Shown: positions 28,652-38,140 of the stretch, one piece after another
Layout: each line of letters opens with the position of its first letter
Position numbering within the stretch: position 1 is the first letter of the stretch
Notes under the pieces: generated by a model
Database searches by the model: none
What the model was told of the DNA's origin: nothing
Seen by the model: the letters and a program-made list of their open reading frames with translations, nothing else
Origin: an uncultured Lachnospiraceae bacterium
Lineage (GTDB): Bacteria; Bacillota; Clostridia; Oscillospirales; CAG-272
Direction of reading: 5' to 3'
Assembly (NCBI GenBank): GCA_964413365.1
Contig: CAYPRM010000001.1
Span: forward strand, 333 to 55,655
Length of the DNA stretch: 55,323 bases
Translations under genes and position numbers: made by a program

Positions 28652-29245
28652 ATGATCAATAATTCATTAGTGCCAATGGTCGTAGAGCAGACCGGAAGAG
28701 GCGAAAGATCCTACGATATCTTTTCAAGACTGCTTAATGACCGCATTATATTCCTCTCCGACGAGGTAAACGATACTACCGCCTCCCTTGTGGTGGCACA
28801 GCTCCTTTACCTCGAGGCGCAGGATCCCGATAAGGACATTTCCTTCTATATCAATTCCCCAGGTGGCTCCGTTACCGCGGGAATGGCTATCTACGATACG
28901 ATGAACTTCATCAAGTGCGACGTTTCCACCGTCTGCATAGGTATGGCGGCAAGCATGGGCGCGTTCCTGCTCTCCGCAGGTGCTAAGGGCAAGAGATTTG
29001 CTCTCCCCAACAGCGAGATAATGATCCACCAGCCCCTCGGCGGTGCTAAAGGTCAGGCTACCGATATCAAGATACAGGCTGAGCTCATTCTCCGCACACG
29101 CGACAGGCTCAACACTATCCTCGCTCAGAATACGGGCAAGAGTGTTGAGGAGATCGCTCGCGATACGGAGAGAGACAATTATATGACCGCAAACGACGCT
29201 CTTGCATACGGTCTTATCGACAAGGTCATCGAAAAGCACGTTTGA
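28652..29245 (+). CDS. clpP: ATP-dependent Clp protease proteolytic subunit
   Basis: [29 protein letters not shown]. Confidence 0.98.
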   Translation: MINNSLVPMVVEQTGRGERSYDIFSRLLNDRIIFLSDEVNDTTASLVVAQLLYLEAQDPDKDISFYINSPGGSVTAGMAIYDTMNFIKCDVSTVCIGMAASMGAFLLSAGAKGKRFALPNSEIMIHQPLGGAKGQATDIKIQAELILRTRDRLNTILAQNTGKSVEEIARDTERDNYMTANDALAYGLIDKVIEKHV

Positions 29246-29265
29246 TAAATTAAAGGAATAATTTT

Positions 29266-30555
29266 ATGGCTAACAGTAAAAAGAGCCAAGGAAGCGGCAA
29301 TACCGAGAAACGGTATTGCTGCTTCTGCGGTAGACCTGAGGGACAGGTAAATTTCCTCATTCCCTCCCCTAACGGCGTATATATCTGCGACTTCTGCGTC
29401 GACACCTGCTATGAGATAGTTGAGGAGGCGTTCGCGGACTATTCCGAAAAGAACGCTCCGAAGAAGATCAAGCTCGACGAGCTTCCAAAGCCCTGCGACA
29501 TCAAACGCACGCTTGACGAGTACGTCATAGGTCAGGACGAGGCTAAGGTGGCGCTCTCGGTCGCGGTGTATAACCACTACAAGAGGATACTCTCCAAGGA
29601 GCAGGCGTCCGACAGTAAGGAGCTTGACGGCGTTGAGCTTCAGAAGAGCAACGTCCTTCTTATAGGCCCTACGGGCGTCGGAAAGACCTACCTTGCACAA
29701 ACACTCGCAAAGACGCTCCAGGTTCCCTTTGCCATCGCTGACGCTACCACCCTTACGGAGGCAGGATACGTCGGTGAGGACGTCGAGAACATTCTCCTGC
29801 GTCTCATACAGGCGGCGGATTACGACGTTCAGAGAGCGGAGAGAGGTATCATCTATATCGACGAGATCGACAAGATCTCAAGACGCAGTGAGAACCGCTC
29901 GATAACCCGAGACGTTTCGGGCGAGGGCGTTCAGCAGGCACTGCTTAAGATACTTGAGGGTACGGTCGCAAACGTTCCCCCTCAGGGCGGAAGAAAGCAT
30001 CCAAATCAGGAATTCATACAGATAAATACCTCGAATATCCTCTTTATATGCGGAGGCGCATTCGACGGACTCGAGCAGATCATCGAAAAGCGCAAGGGCA
30101 ACAACACGATAGGCTTTGGTGGCGAGGTCAAGAAAAAGAGCGAGAAGCGTAAGGACGGCATCTATCGCGATGTAACGTCTCACGATATCGTGAAATACGG
30201 TCTCATTCCCGAGCTCATCGGAAGAATACCCGTTATCGTGGCTCTCTCGGAGCTCGATAAGGACGCGCTCAGGCGCATCATCACCGAGCCGAGAAATTCG
30301 CTGATGAAGCAGTATATCAAGCTCTTCTCCATCGACGGCGCGACGCTCGAGTTTGAGGATGACGCGATCGACGCTATTGCGGAGCTCGCCATAGCCCACA
30401 ACACTGGCGCGAGGGGCCTGCGCTCCATTATGGAGGGCTTTATGATGGATCTGATGTATTCCACCCCATCAAGGACCGATATCGAGAAGATAATCATTAC
30501 AAGGGATACTGTTGTGAACAAGGCCGAGCCTAAATACGTTCTGAAGCAGTCCTGA
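29266..30555 (+). CDS. clpX: ATP-dependent Clp protease ATP-binding subunit ClpX
   Basis: C4 zinc finger, [32 protein letters not shown] loop, GARGLR. Confidence 0.98.
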   Translation: MANSKKSQGSGNTEKRYCCFCGRPEGQVNFLIPSPNGVYICDFCVDTCYEIVEEAFADYSEKNAPKKIKLDELPKPCDIKRTLDEYVIGQDEAKVALSVAVYNHYKRILSKEQASDSKELDGVELQKSNVLLIGPTGVGKTYLAQTLAKTLQVPFAIADATTLTEAGYVGEDVENILLRLIQAADYDVQRAERGIIYIDEIDKISRRSENRSITRDVSGEGVQQALLKILEGTVANVPPQGGRKHPNQEFIQINTSNILFICGGAFDGLEQIIEKRKGNNTIGFGGEVKKKSEKRKDGIYRDVTSHDIVKYGLIPELIGRIPVIVALSELDKDALRRIITEPRNSLMKQYIKLFSIDGATLEFEDDAIDAIAELAIAHNTGARGLRSIMEGFMMDLMYSTPSRTDIEKIIITRDTVVNKAEPKYVLKQS

Positions 30556-30558
30556 TAA

Positions 30559-30611
30559 TAAAAAAATATGCTACTTTGGCTTTTTCAAGCCAAAGTAGCA
30601 TATTTTTTATT
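30559..30611. terminator. bidirectional intrinsic terminator
   Basis: AAAAAATATGCTACTTTGGCTT-tttc-AAGCCAAAGTAGCATATTTTTT between convergent genes. Confidence 0.88.
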
Positions 30612-30617
30612 TTAGGT

Positions 30618-31451
30618 TTACGTTCCGCAGGGCTTTTCGCCACAGTGCGAGGGACGTGTGGGTGGGATCGTGCCTGCAGTAAACTCCTGCACGGGAAATG
30701 CCATGCATCTGAAGGCGTCGCAGGGGCTCTCCTCGGAGTGGGGCGGACATTCCTTGTCGGGAACGACGTATTCGCTCGCATTTATGAGGTACTGCGCAGG
30801 GCGCACGATGCGTATTACGGAGAATATGCCGAGGGATACGGCAAGAAATCTCTCTCCACCCTCGTCAAGCTGTCCTCCCGTGCATCTTGCGACGCCCTCG
30901 GGAATATCCGAGCAGCTGCAGCAGCAGACGCAACGGCAGCCCTGCCGCTTTTCCATTATTCTTGCGCTAAGTATAATGGGATCGACCGCCTCAACAACGG
31001 CTGTCGGCAGATTGCCCTCCGAGCAGCAGATGTTCTCGCCGCCATCGCAGATATCAGTATTTCCTGTACTGCGGAATACATTGAGATTGCTCTCACCGCC
31101 GAAAAGTATGACATTCTTCTCTACCACGGCAACTCCGTCAAATTCCTGCGGCTTTCCGCCACCGAGGCACGCCTCAAAGCCCATACGGATATAAAGCCTG
31201 ACGTTCACCGAATAAAAGCCCCGATTGAAGGGTATAGGATCGACTGTGATATTGCTCTGCGCTATGCAGGAGCTCTTTACACGTATATTTCCCGTCCTCT
31301 CGATTATATCGTTGCCAAAGCCGCCGAGAAAGACGCGGACGTTCTCATAGCAGTCCCTGTCCCTGCAGGAATCGAGAACGCGGTTCGCCTCTATACAAAC
31401 GGTATCCCGTCCGCCGACGGAGCTCTGGCAAGTAAATCTATTTTCCGACAT
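30618..31451 (-). CDS. Cys-rich hypothetical protein (possible spore coat/exosporium protein)
   Basis: Start reassigned to ATG at 31451 (GGAGG RBS); 277 aa with 21 Cys including VCIEANRVLDSCRDRDC and CRCVCCCSC; directly downstream of sigG. Confidence 0.75.
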   Translation of the reverse strand: MSENRFTCQSSVGGRDTVCIEANRVLDSCRDRDCYENVRVFLGGFGNDIIERTGNIRVKSSCIAQSNITVDPIPFNRGFYSVNVRLYIRMGFEACLGGGKPQEFDGVAVVEKNVILFGGESNLNVFRSTGNTDICDGGENICCSEGNLPTAVVEAVDPIILSARIMEKRQGCRCVCCCSCSDIPEGVARCTGGQLDEGGERFLAVSLGIFSVIRIVRPAQYLINASEYVVPDKECPPHSEESPCDAFRCMAFPVQEFTAGTIPPTRPSHCGEKPCGT

Positions 31452-31539
31452 AACTTTACCTCCCAAAAATGATAAGGAAGAGTTAGCTTCCCTCTTCCTT
31501 AATATACTATGCAAAAGATGACGCTTTGACAACGCGATA

Positions 31540-32313
31540 TCAAAATTGCCGCCGCATCTTTTCGAGTGCCGCCTTCTCAAGCCTTGACACCTGAGCCTGC
31601 GAGATGCCTATCTCCTGCGCGACCTCGACCTGCGTTCTGTTGTCGAAAAATCTCATATCTATGATCCTCCTCTCCCTTGCGTCGAGGACTCGCATAGCCT
31701 CCCTCAGCGCGATACTCTCGAGCCATCTCTCGTCGCCCGAGCTTGCATCGCTGAGTTGATCTATGACGTAGATCGAGTCGCCGTTGTCGGTGTATACAGG
31801 CTCGTAGAGTGAGATCGGCGCGACGATCGCCTCCATTGCATACGCCACAGCCTCCTTGCTCTCGCCCATTTTCTCCGCTATCTGAACGGCAGTCGGCTCA
31901 TTCTCGTTGTCCCTTGTAAGCTCCTCACGGACGCTGAGCGCGTGGTATGCGAGATCTCGCAGAGAGCGGCTGATGCGTATCGAATTATTGTCCCGAAGAT
32001 ATCTCCGTATCTCGCCGATTATCATTGGCACTGCGTAGGTCGAGAACTTGACCTCAAGGTCGAGATTGAAATTATCCACCGCCTTTATCAGCCCCACACA
32101 GCCCACCTGAAAAAGGTCGTCCGCATTCTCACCCCTGCCCGAAAAACGCTGTATTATGCTCAGCACGAGCCGCAGATTTCCGTTTATCAGCTCCTCTCGC
32201 GCGCTCACGTCCCCTGCCTTCGACCGCTCGAGCAGCTCCCTCTTTCGCCCGTCGCTGAGAACACCCAACTTTGACGTATTCACACCGCAGATCTCCACCT
32301 TATTATAATACAT
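31540..32313 (-). CDS. sigG: RNA polymerase sporulation sigma factor SigG
   Basis: MYYNKVEICGVNTSKL, NLRLVLSIIQRF, DDLFQVGC, RYLRDNN, TQVEVA.EIGISQAQVSRLEK; start moved to the ATG after the GAGGGG RBS. Confidence 0.95.
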   Translation of the reverse strand: MYYNKVEICGVNTSKLGVLSDGRKRELLERSKAGDVSAREELINGNLRLVLSIIQRFSGRGENADDLFQVGCVGLIKAVDNFNLDLEVKFSTYAVPMIIGEIRRYLRDNNSIRISRSLRDLAYHALSVREELTRDNENEPTAVQIAEKMGESKEAVAYAMEAIVAPISLYEPVYTDNGDSIYVIDQLSDASSGDERWLESIALREAMRVLDARERRIIDMRFFDNRTQVEVAQEIGISQAQVSRLEKAALEKMRRQF

Positions 32314-32356
32314 AAAAACACCCCTCGCCGACACAGCTCTCGCCTTTTATATGCAA

Positions 32357-32386
32357 ATTATTGACTGCGCGCGCATAGGGTTATTC
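32357..32386 (-). promoter_or_regulatory. sigma-F/G-type promoter for sigG
   Basis: GAATA-18-CAATAAT. Confidence 0.45.
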
Positions 32387-32418
32387 AAGATCACGATATG
32401 CAAAGAATGGTAAATAAT

Positions 32419-32450
32419 AAAAAATAGCGGACACCTGTCCGCTATTTTTT
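32419..32450 (-). terminator. intrinsic terminator
   Basis: AAAAAATAGCGGACA-cc-TGTCCGCTATTTTTT. Confidence 0.82.
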
Positions 32451-33333
32451 AGTCTATATCCTCGATGACCTGCTCGGGGGGATTTTCAAGAACTCTCGGA
32501 TTCTCAAAGAACTTCTTCATCATCTTGAAGGAGGACGCATAGTAGTATCCGTCGCAAATTCTCTCATCCGTGGTTACCTTCATTTCTATGTACCTGTACT
32601 TCTTGACATTTCCCTCGTCGTCCATCTTTACGCCGTGCTGCTTAGCACCGTATGCCACAAATACGGGAAGGTTTCCGAAATCGTATATATGGTGGTATAT
32701 GGGGCGTATTCCAAGCGAGCCCATTGACGTGATTATCATTGAGCCGTGGAAGGGGCTGAGGTTGAGTATGAACTTGGGAAGTATACCGTAGTAGTCGAGC
32801 TTCTTGATGAACCATATAAAAAATCTCATAAGGAATCGGGGAATGTAATTAAATATCTTTGCGAGCTTGTCAACTCCGTTGGAATTCTCCTCGTCCTTGT
32901 TCTCCTCAACTACCTTATTGAACTTATCATAGACATCATACACCGTGTCGGTAGGCTCAAACTCGACCTTTATGCAGGTCTCCTCGCCGTCAAGAGCCAT
33001 CTTCTTTTTGATCGTCATAAGGACCTGAATATTATTCCTTGCGTAGATGGTCTGACCGCTGACAAAGCGGTTGATCGCAGGACGCTGAGAGACGACGCGA
33101 ACGTATGCGGCGATTATTACGTGCAGAAGGGTAAAATTCTTCCTTCCTGCTCTTATCTGCTCGCGGCAGAACTTTTCCGCCTCAGCTATCTCGAGTTTCT
33201 CCGTAAAGAAATTCTGCGAATCACTTCTTCTGGGCATGATATAGGGCATTATTCTGATGATAGGATCTATCGACCTGAGCTTTCTGCCCTCCTTGCGGTC
33301 GCCGAGGCGCCACTTTCTTTTAGTTTCAGACAT
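32449..33333 (-). CDS. standalone 2-oxoacid dehydrogenase E2-like acyltransferase catalytic domain protein
   Basis: RPAINRF, GSMIITSMGSLG, TDERICDGYY (canonical DHRxxDG); no lipoyl domain; start at MSETKRK (GGAG RBS). Confidence 0.8.
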   Translation of the reverse strand: MSETKRKWRLGDRKEGRKLRSIDPIIRIMPYIMPRRSDSQNFFTEKLEIAEAEKFCREQIRAGRKNFTLLHVIIAAYVRVVSQRPAINRFVSGQTIYARNNIQVLMTIKKKMALDGEETCIKVEFEPTDTVYDVYDKFNKVVEENKDEENSNGVDKLAKIFNYIPRFLMRFFIWFIKKLDYYGILPKFILNLSPFHGSMIITSMGSLGIRPIYHHIYDFGNLPVFVAYGAKQHGVKMDDEGNVKKYRYIEMKVTTDERICDGYYYASSFKMMKKFFENPRVLENPPEQVIEDID

Positions 33334-33448
33334 TTGAATATCTCCGTTCTTTGTGATGCCGCAAAAACGGCATCTTGGTGTAAAATCAATATTCATAAAA
33401 AATGAATATTAATACATTCCTAATGCAGTATTACTACAAGCATTTGTG

Positions 33449-33477
33449 ATTATAGCACACTTTTATTCATTTGTCAA
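33449..33477 (-). promoter_or_regulatory. sigma-A promoter for the E2-like gene
   Basis: Perfect TTGACA-17-TATAAT with TG extension. Confidence 0.8.
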
Positions 33478-33521
33478 ACATTTTTTCGAATTTTCTTGAT
33501 ATATGTCTTTTTTTAGTGCTA

Positions 33522-34427
33522 TCAAAGGCTCTCGAGGTATGTAGAGATACCGCTTTCGATATATTCTATGTTTTCTGCGTGCACCTCCCTGTCGCGAGGG
33601 GTATGAATATTCGGTGTATAAAGAAGTCCGTGAGAAGTACGCTTTGTGGCTACGCAGGCAATACCGCGCGGAAAGCTCTTGTGGTCGGAATTAGCCTCAC
33701 CCTCCTTGTGCGTGCAGGCATCGACGGTGAAGCTCTCGCTCGTCGGGAAGGCGTTCCTCACCTCTGCGAGGTCTTTGCCATCGGACAGAGCCTTGTTTGC
33801 AATGAGAATTATATTATTTCCGTTTCCTATGCAGTCGAAGTTGATTATCAAACGCTCCGCCATCGCGTCCTTGTGATCCTTGTAGTACGCCTTCGAGCCC
33901 ATCATTCCCTTTTCCTCGTTGTCGAAGAGTATGAACGCCACCTTATCCGACGCACCATATTTTTTCGCAAGCGTGAGCACGAGCGCGACGCCCGAGGTGT
34001 TGTCGTTATAATTATATGGATTGTCAAATATCTTCATTCCAAGTAAATACACACCGTAGTAGATGATCAGGAATATCGGCATCGACAGTCTGCGATCCTC
34101 CGCCATATCTGCGATCAAAATCGCAGGTATCATAGCCACGGCAACTATCATGAATACGAAAAGCATCTGCACGGTGTAATACAGCACCCTATTCCTCGGC
34201 ATCATGATATTCGGGAATATCGAGCGTGCTGGCGTGTCGTAGTGCGCGGTCAGCGTTATTTTTGCAGATGTGGGATCACCTATTACGATGTTGCAATTCT
34301 TGCCGTCGTGCGTGGTCTCCTCCCTAACATCAGTACACGTTGATGCTACATATTTGCGAAATGCCTCCTTCTGTTTCTCACTGCGACGAATGGGATAATC
34401 GCGATTCAAAATATCAAGCTCAGTCAT
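33522..34427 (-). CDS. M28 family metallopeptidase with a two-TM insertion
   Basis: TAHYDT, NDNTSG, DNEEKG, NFDCIG, SDH, IHTPRD. Confidence 0.88.
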   Translation of the reverse strand: MTELDILNRDYPIRRSEKQKEAFRKYVASTCTDVREETTHDGKNCNIVIGDPTSAKITLTAHYDTPARSIFPNIMMPRNRVLYYTVQMLFVFMIVAVAMIPAILIADMAEDRRLSMPIFLIIYYGVYLLGMKIFDNPYNYNDNTSGVALVLTLAKKYGASDKVAFILFDNEEKGMMGSKAYYKDHKDAMAERLIINFDCIGNGNNIILIANKALSDGKDLAEVRNAFPTSESFTVDACTHKEGEANSDHKSFPRGIACVATKRTSHGLLYTPNIHTPRDREVHAENIEYIESGISTYLESL

Positions 34428-34430
34428 TTT

Positions 34431-34556
34431 TTATCTCCTTTTTCCGCGTGATTTTCTTTCTGTGAGGCGAGCCTCAAGGGCTTTCGGCTCGTCGGACTCA
34501 CTGTAGACTCTGAGATGGTCAAATATACTGTGTGCGATGAAAATTTTGTGTTTCAT
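34431..34556 (-). CDS. 41-aa small ORF or gene remnant downstream of rlmD
   Basis: GAGGTG RBS, ATG at 34556, MKHKIFIAHSIFDHLRVYSESDEPKALEARLTERKSRGKRR*; stop lies 3 nt before the M28 start codon. Confidence 0.35.
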   Translation of the reverse strand: MKHKIFIAHSIFDHLRVYSESDEPKALEARLTERKSRGKRR

Positions 34557-34576
34557 CGTTTACAGCACCTCGTTAA

Positions 34577-35974
34577 TCATTTCCTTGACATCAAACACAC
34601 CGTCTCAACGTGCCCCGTTCTCGGGAACATATCGACGGGAGTGACGGTGCCCATTGCATATCCGAGATCGGAAAAAAGCCTACAATCTCTTGCGAGGGTA
34701 TCGGGATCGCAGGAGACGTATACGATACGGGGTATCTTACGTGAAGCGAGGAACTCGATGACCTCGCGGCTGCATCCCTTCCTCGGGGGATCGAGGACGA
34801 CCGCATCCGGATCAAGTGCTCCGCGCTTTTCCTCAACGAAGGCGAATATCTTTTCGATATCCCCTGCGTCAGAGGCGTAAAATTCCGCATTTTCAAAGCC
34901 GTTTATCCTTGCGTTCTCACGTGCGCACTCGACCGCTCCCTCAACTATCTCTATGCCGACAAGGCTTGTAAGGGAGTCAGCCATGGAAAGACCGATAGTG
35001 CCCGTTCCGCAATACATATCGACAAGGCAGGTGTTGCCCTCAGCACCCTCAAGTGCCCGCTCGCGTGCGAGAGAATAAAGCAGCTCCGCACCGTCGTGAT
35101 TTACCTGATAGAATGACTCGGGAGTTATCCTAAAGCGGACTCCGCAGAGCACATCCTCTATATATCGCTCGCCGTAGAGGAGCTTATATTCCCTGCCGAG
35201 GACGACATTGGTGCTCTCGGTATTGATATTTAGCTGAATGCTCGCGATCTCGGGAAATGCAGCGCGTATACTTGCGACGATCTCATCCGCGTGTGGTAGA
35301 GCGGTGCCGTTTATAACAAGACAGAGCATCACCTGTCCCGTTGCCTCGGCAAGTCTGAGGTAGAGGTGGCGCAAAAGTCCACGGTGCTTTGTTTCGTCGT
35401 ACACCTCAAGCCCAAAGCGGTCGGCAAGAGCGCATATCTCGCGAACGATCCTTCCGAATATCTCGGGCTGAAGCGCGCAGTCCGCCGCAGGGACGACATT
35501 ATGCGTTTTTGCGGCGTAAAAGCCTGCAACAGTACCGTTTTTCGTTTTGGCAAAGGGGTACTGCGCCTTGTTTCTGTATGCACGTATTCTGCCCGTGCTC
35601 CGCAACGGCTCTATTACCGCATCGGGAAGCCCTGCCTTTATAAAGGCGTGTCTTACGTAGCTTTCCTTAAGCTCCCTCTCGTACTCATAATCAAGCTCGC
35701 GGTAGACGCATCCGCCGCAGGAATGTGGGACTGTGCAGAAGGGCTCGCACGCTCTGTGGGGCGATCGCTCCAGCACCTCCTCCGTGCGTGCGACGGCATA
35801 GGTTGAGTTCACCTTAATGACCTTGGCGCGCACTCTGTCGCCGACGACCGCACCGCTGACGAATATCACCCTACCGTCGGGAAGATGGGAAACTCCTGCA
35901 CCGAGGTTGTTCATATCGGTGATGTCGAGCACGAGTGCGGTATTCTTTTTTATATCAGATGTAATATTCTTCAT
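34577..35974 (-). CDS. rlmD: 23S rRNA m5U1939 methyltransferase (TrmA/RlmD family)
   Basis: TRAM domain, C..CGGC Fe-S cysteines, SFYQVN, DMYCGTG, LDPPRKG, YVSCDP, DMFPRTGHVE; start at MKNITSD. Confidence 0.95.
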   Translation of the reverse strand: MKNITSDIKKNTALVLDITDMNNLGAGVSHLPDGRVIFVSGAVVGDRVRAKVIKVNSTYAVARTEEVLERSPHRACEPFCTVPHSCGGCVYRELDYEYERELKESYVRHAFIKAGLPDAVIEPLRSTGRIRAYRNKAQYPFAKTKNGTVAGFYAAKTHNVVPAADCALQPEIFGRIVREICALADRFGLEVYDETKHRGLLRHLYLRLAEATGQVMLCLVINGTALPHADEIVASIRAAFPEIASIQLNINTESTNVVLGREYKLLYGERYIEDVLCGVRFRITPESFYQVNHDGAELLYSLARERALEGAEGNTCLVDMYCGTGTIGLSMADSLTSLVGIEIVEGAVECARENARINGFENAEFYASDAGDIEKIFAFVEEKRGALDPDAVVLDPPRKGCSREVIEFLASRKIPRIVYVSCDPDTLARDCRLFSDLGYAMGTVTPVDMFPRTGHVETVCLMSRK

Positions 35975-36644
35975 TTGTTTCAAGGCAGATGCAGACGATG
36001 TCGTCATTCTCACTCATATCGCAGGCAAGAGCGATATTATTTCCATGCGAGGAGACTCTTCCTGCACGTCCTGCAGGCGTGTGCTCATAATCGAGATAGC
36101 CCGCTACCATAATTTTATCGCTGTAATATTCACGGTCAAGCTCCATACTGCCGTCAAGAAAGTCATCAAGCTCGTAGTCGTAGAGATCCTTGGCACTCGA
36201 AAAGCCGTTTATGCCGCGGCAGACGAGTATGTAGTCCTTGCCCTTGGCTTCCGCCTCCTCGAACACGGGCAGATCGGAGAGAAATTCAAGAAATCCCTCT
36301 CTCGTGTCGGCATCCGCGCTCTTGAACGCCTCAAGAGTGGTCTGACCGCCATCGCGTGCCCATTCTATCATATTTGAGGCAAACTCGGGAGACGGTGCCC
36401 CTCCGCTCTTGAGCATCCTGTCAAATTCGCTCAGCAGAACGTAAGCCTTATAATCATGCTCGCCGAGAACGCAGTATATGTTGTATCTCGTGCTCAGGTC
36501 CCCCACAAGCTCTATGGGCTGTTCCCCGTGATCGACGATGTTGCCGAGAACGTACATAATATCATCGTCGCCAAAATGGATCTTTGTCAAAAGCTTCTGA
36601 AATCTATCGTATCTTCCGTAAATATTCGAAACTAAATAAGTCAT
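35955..36644 (-). CDS. degenerate Ser/Thr phosphatase-like (PPP/metallophosphoesterase fold) protein
   Basis: Motif spacing of DxHG / GDxxDRG / GNHE / VHAG / GHT is retained but reads NIYG / GNIVDHG / GEHD / VCRG / GYL; W..DGG.TT retained. Confidence 0.78.
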   Translation of the reverse strand: MTYLVSNIYGRYDRFQKLLTKIHFGDDDIMYVLGNIVDHGEQPIELVGDLSTRYNIYCVLGEHDYKAYVLLSEFDRMLKSGGAPSPEFASNMIEWARDGGQTTLEAFKSADADTREGFLEFLSDLPVFEEAEAKGKDYILVCRGINGFSSAKDLYDYELDDFLDGSMELDREYYSDKIMVAGYLDYEHTPAGRAGRVSSHGNNIALACDMSENDDIVCICLETNEEYYI

Positions 36645-36656
36645 AGCCTTCCTCCA

Positions 36657-37424
36657 TCATATATGCTTTACAAGATCGGTGTCAATTATCTCGCACTCGA
36701 TCGTAGAATCTGCACTGAGAACAAGCTCGCGCAGGCGTCGCAGAGCAGGTCGCTCGGTAAAATAGTGCCCCGCCTCGACAAGATTGAGCGCGTCGTCGGC
36801 ACAGTCGGTCAGCTTATGGTAGCCAAGCTCACCCGAGAGGTATGTATCCGCTCCTGCGGCGTGGGCACAGGCGATATAGTCTCCGCCACCGCCTCCGAGA
36901 AGTGCAAGTCTATGCACTCTACCCGAGGAATACGAAAAATTCAGATGCTCACATCCGAGCCTTTGGTGCACGAGGTCGGCGAAGTCCGAAAGTGCCATCT
37001 CACAAGGGAGCGTTCCGACACGCATCATCGAGATGCCGTCATGCTCGACGGTCTCGACGTCCGAAAGCTCAAAAAGCTCTGCAAGAACGTCATTGACTCC
37101 ACCCTCCACAGCGTCAAAGCGTGTATGGAAGGACATAACGGAGATATCACTCTTTATGAGCCTTATGATCCTTGCGGCTCTTCCCCTCTCACCCGAAATG
37201 CTCTTAAGCCCGCTGAAGACGAGGGGGTGGTGGGACACGATGAGGTCAAAGCCCCCATCTATTGCATGCTCTATCGCCTGCGGAGTTACGTCAAGGCAGA
37301 AAAGCACCCTTCTCACCTCGCGCTCCCCGTTAGGACAGCACATAAGTCCGTCGTTATCCCAAGGACACGAGAGCGACCTCGGTATTCTCTGCTCCAAATA
37401 TGCGTAAAGCTCATTTACATTCAT
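36657..37424 (-). CDS. Nif3-like dinuclear metal center protein
   Basis: WDNDGL, LDVT, SHHPLVF, FHTRFDA, GELGYH, AGHYFTE. Confidence 0.93.
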   Translation of the reverse strand: MNVNELYAYLEQRIPRSLSCPWDNDGLMCCPNGEREVRRVLFCLDVTPQAIEHAIDGGFDLIVSHHPLVFSGLKSISGERGRAARIIRLIKSDISVMSFHTRFDAVEGGVNDVLAELFELSDVETVEHDGISMMRVGTLPCEMALSDFADLVHQRLGCEHLNFSYSSGRVHRLALLGGGGGDYIACAHAAGADTYLSGELGYHKLTDCADDALNLVEAGHYFTERPALRRLRELVLSADSTIECEIIDTDLVKHI

Positions 37425-38112
37425 TTTTATGCTCCTCCAAATATGTATTTATCTCATTCAAAAGTGCCGCATCGGCAATAGCCTCGGGGCTGTTCTGCGG
37501 CATGCTCTGCGCTCTCCTCACGATCTGCCCACGCACGCCCATGATCTGACGAAGCGTCAGAGGCTCGGCACGAGAGAGCAATATCTCTCCGAACATAAGG
37601 GAGAGCGGTGTGCCCACTCTCATCCTTCCGTCGTAGGTTACGGAAAGAGTCTGATATATCCTGCCCCTGTCCTCATTTATCCCCTCGTCGATCACCGCAA
37701 AGCCCTCACGGAAAAGATATGCACGCAATCTCTCGGGGTGCGTCATCGGCTGAAGGATCAGATGCTTCTCCGGCGCCTTGAGCCACGGGGCATCCTCTAT
37801 TATCTTGGCGATAAGCTCACCGCCCATGCCGAGTATTGCGATCTCATCGGCGGACTCGGGGGATACGCCCTGAAGTCCGTCGCAGAGGACGGCGGATATC
37901 GAGTCCGAAAAGCCGTGTAACGCTATATTTTTCCTTGCTATCTCAATAGGTCCGCTGTTTATATCTGTAGCGACGGCGGAGGTGATCCTCCCTGTCTGCA
38001 TAAGGTATATCGGCAGGTAGGCGTGGTCCGTTCCGACATCGGCAAGGCGCGCGCCCTCCCTTACAAAGCGAGTCGCGGTGAGCAGACGTTCATTTATTCT
38101 TATAAGCTCCAT
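37411..38112 (-). CDS. trmK: tRNA (adenine22-N1)-methyltransferase
   Basis: ADVGTDHAYLPI, GP, CDGL, GMGGELI, ILQPM. Confidence 0.93.
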   Translation of the reverse strand: MELIRINERLLTATRFVREGARLADVGTDHAYLPIYLMQTGRITSAVATDINSGPIEIARKNIALHGFSDSISAVLCDGLQGVSPESADEIAILGMGGELIAKIIEDAPWLKAPEKHLILQPMTHPERLRAYLFREGFAVIDEGINEDRGRIYQTLSVTYDGRMRVGTPLSLMFGEILLSRAEPLTLRQIMGVRGQIVRRAQSMPQNSPEAIADAALLNEINTYLEEHKNECK

Positions 38113-38140
38113 ATTTCTCTATTTTTATCCTGCTTTAGTA

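Noticed and set aside
31452-31580. 43-aa N-terminal extension of the Cys-rich ORF
   Set aside because: Overlaps the sigG 3' end and the putative promoter; the GGAGG RBS supports ATG 31451
34455-34510. Hammerhead-like look (GAGTCC...GAAA) on the minus strand after rlmD
   Set aside because: The CUGANGA core is absent and the stems do not close as required
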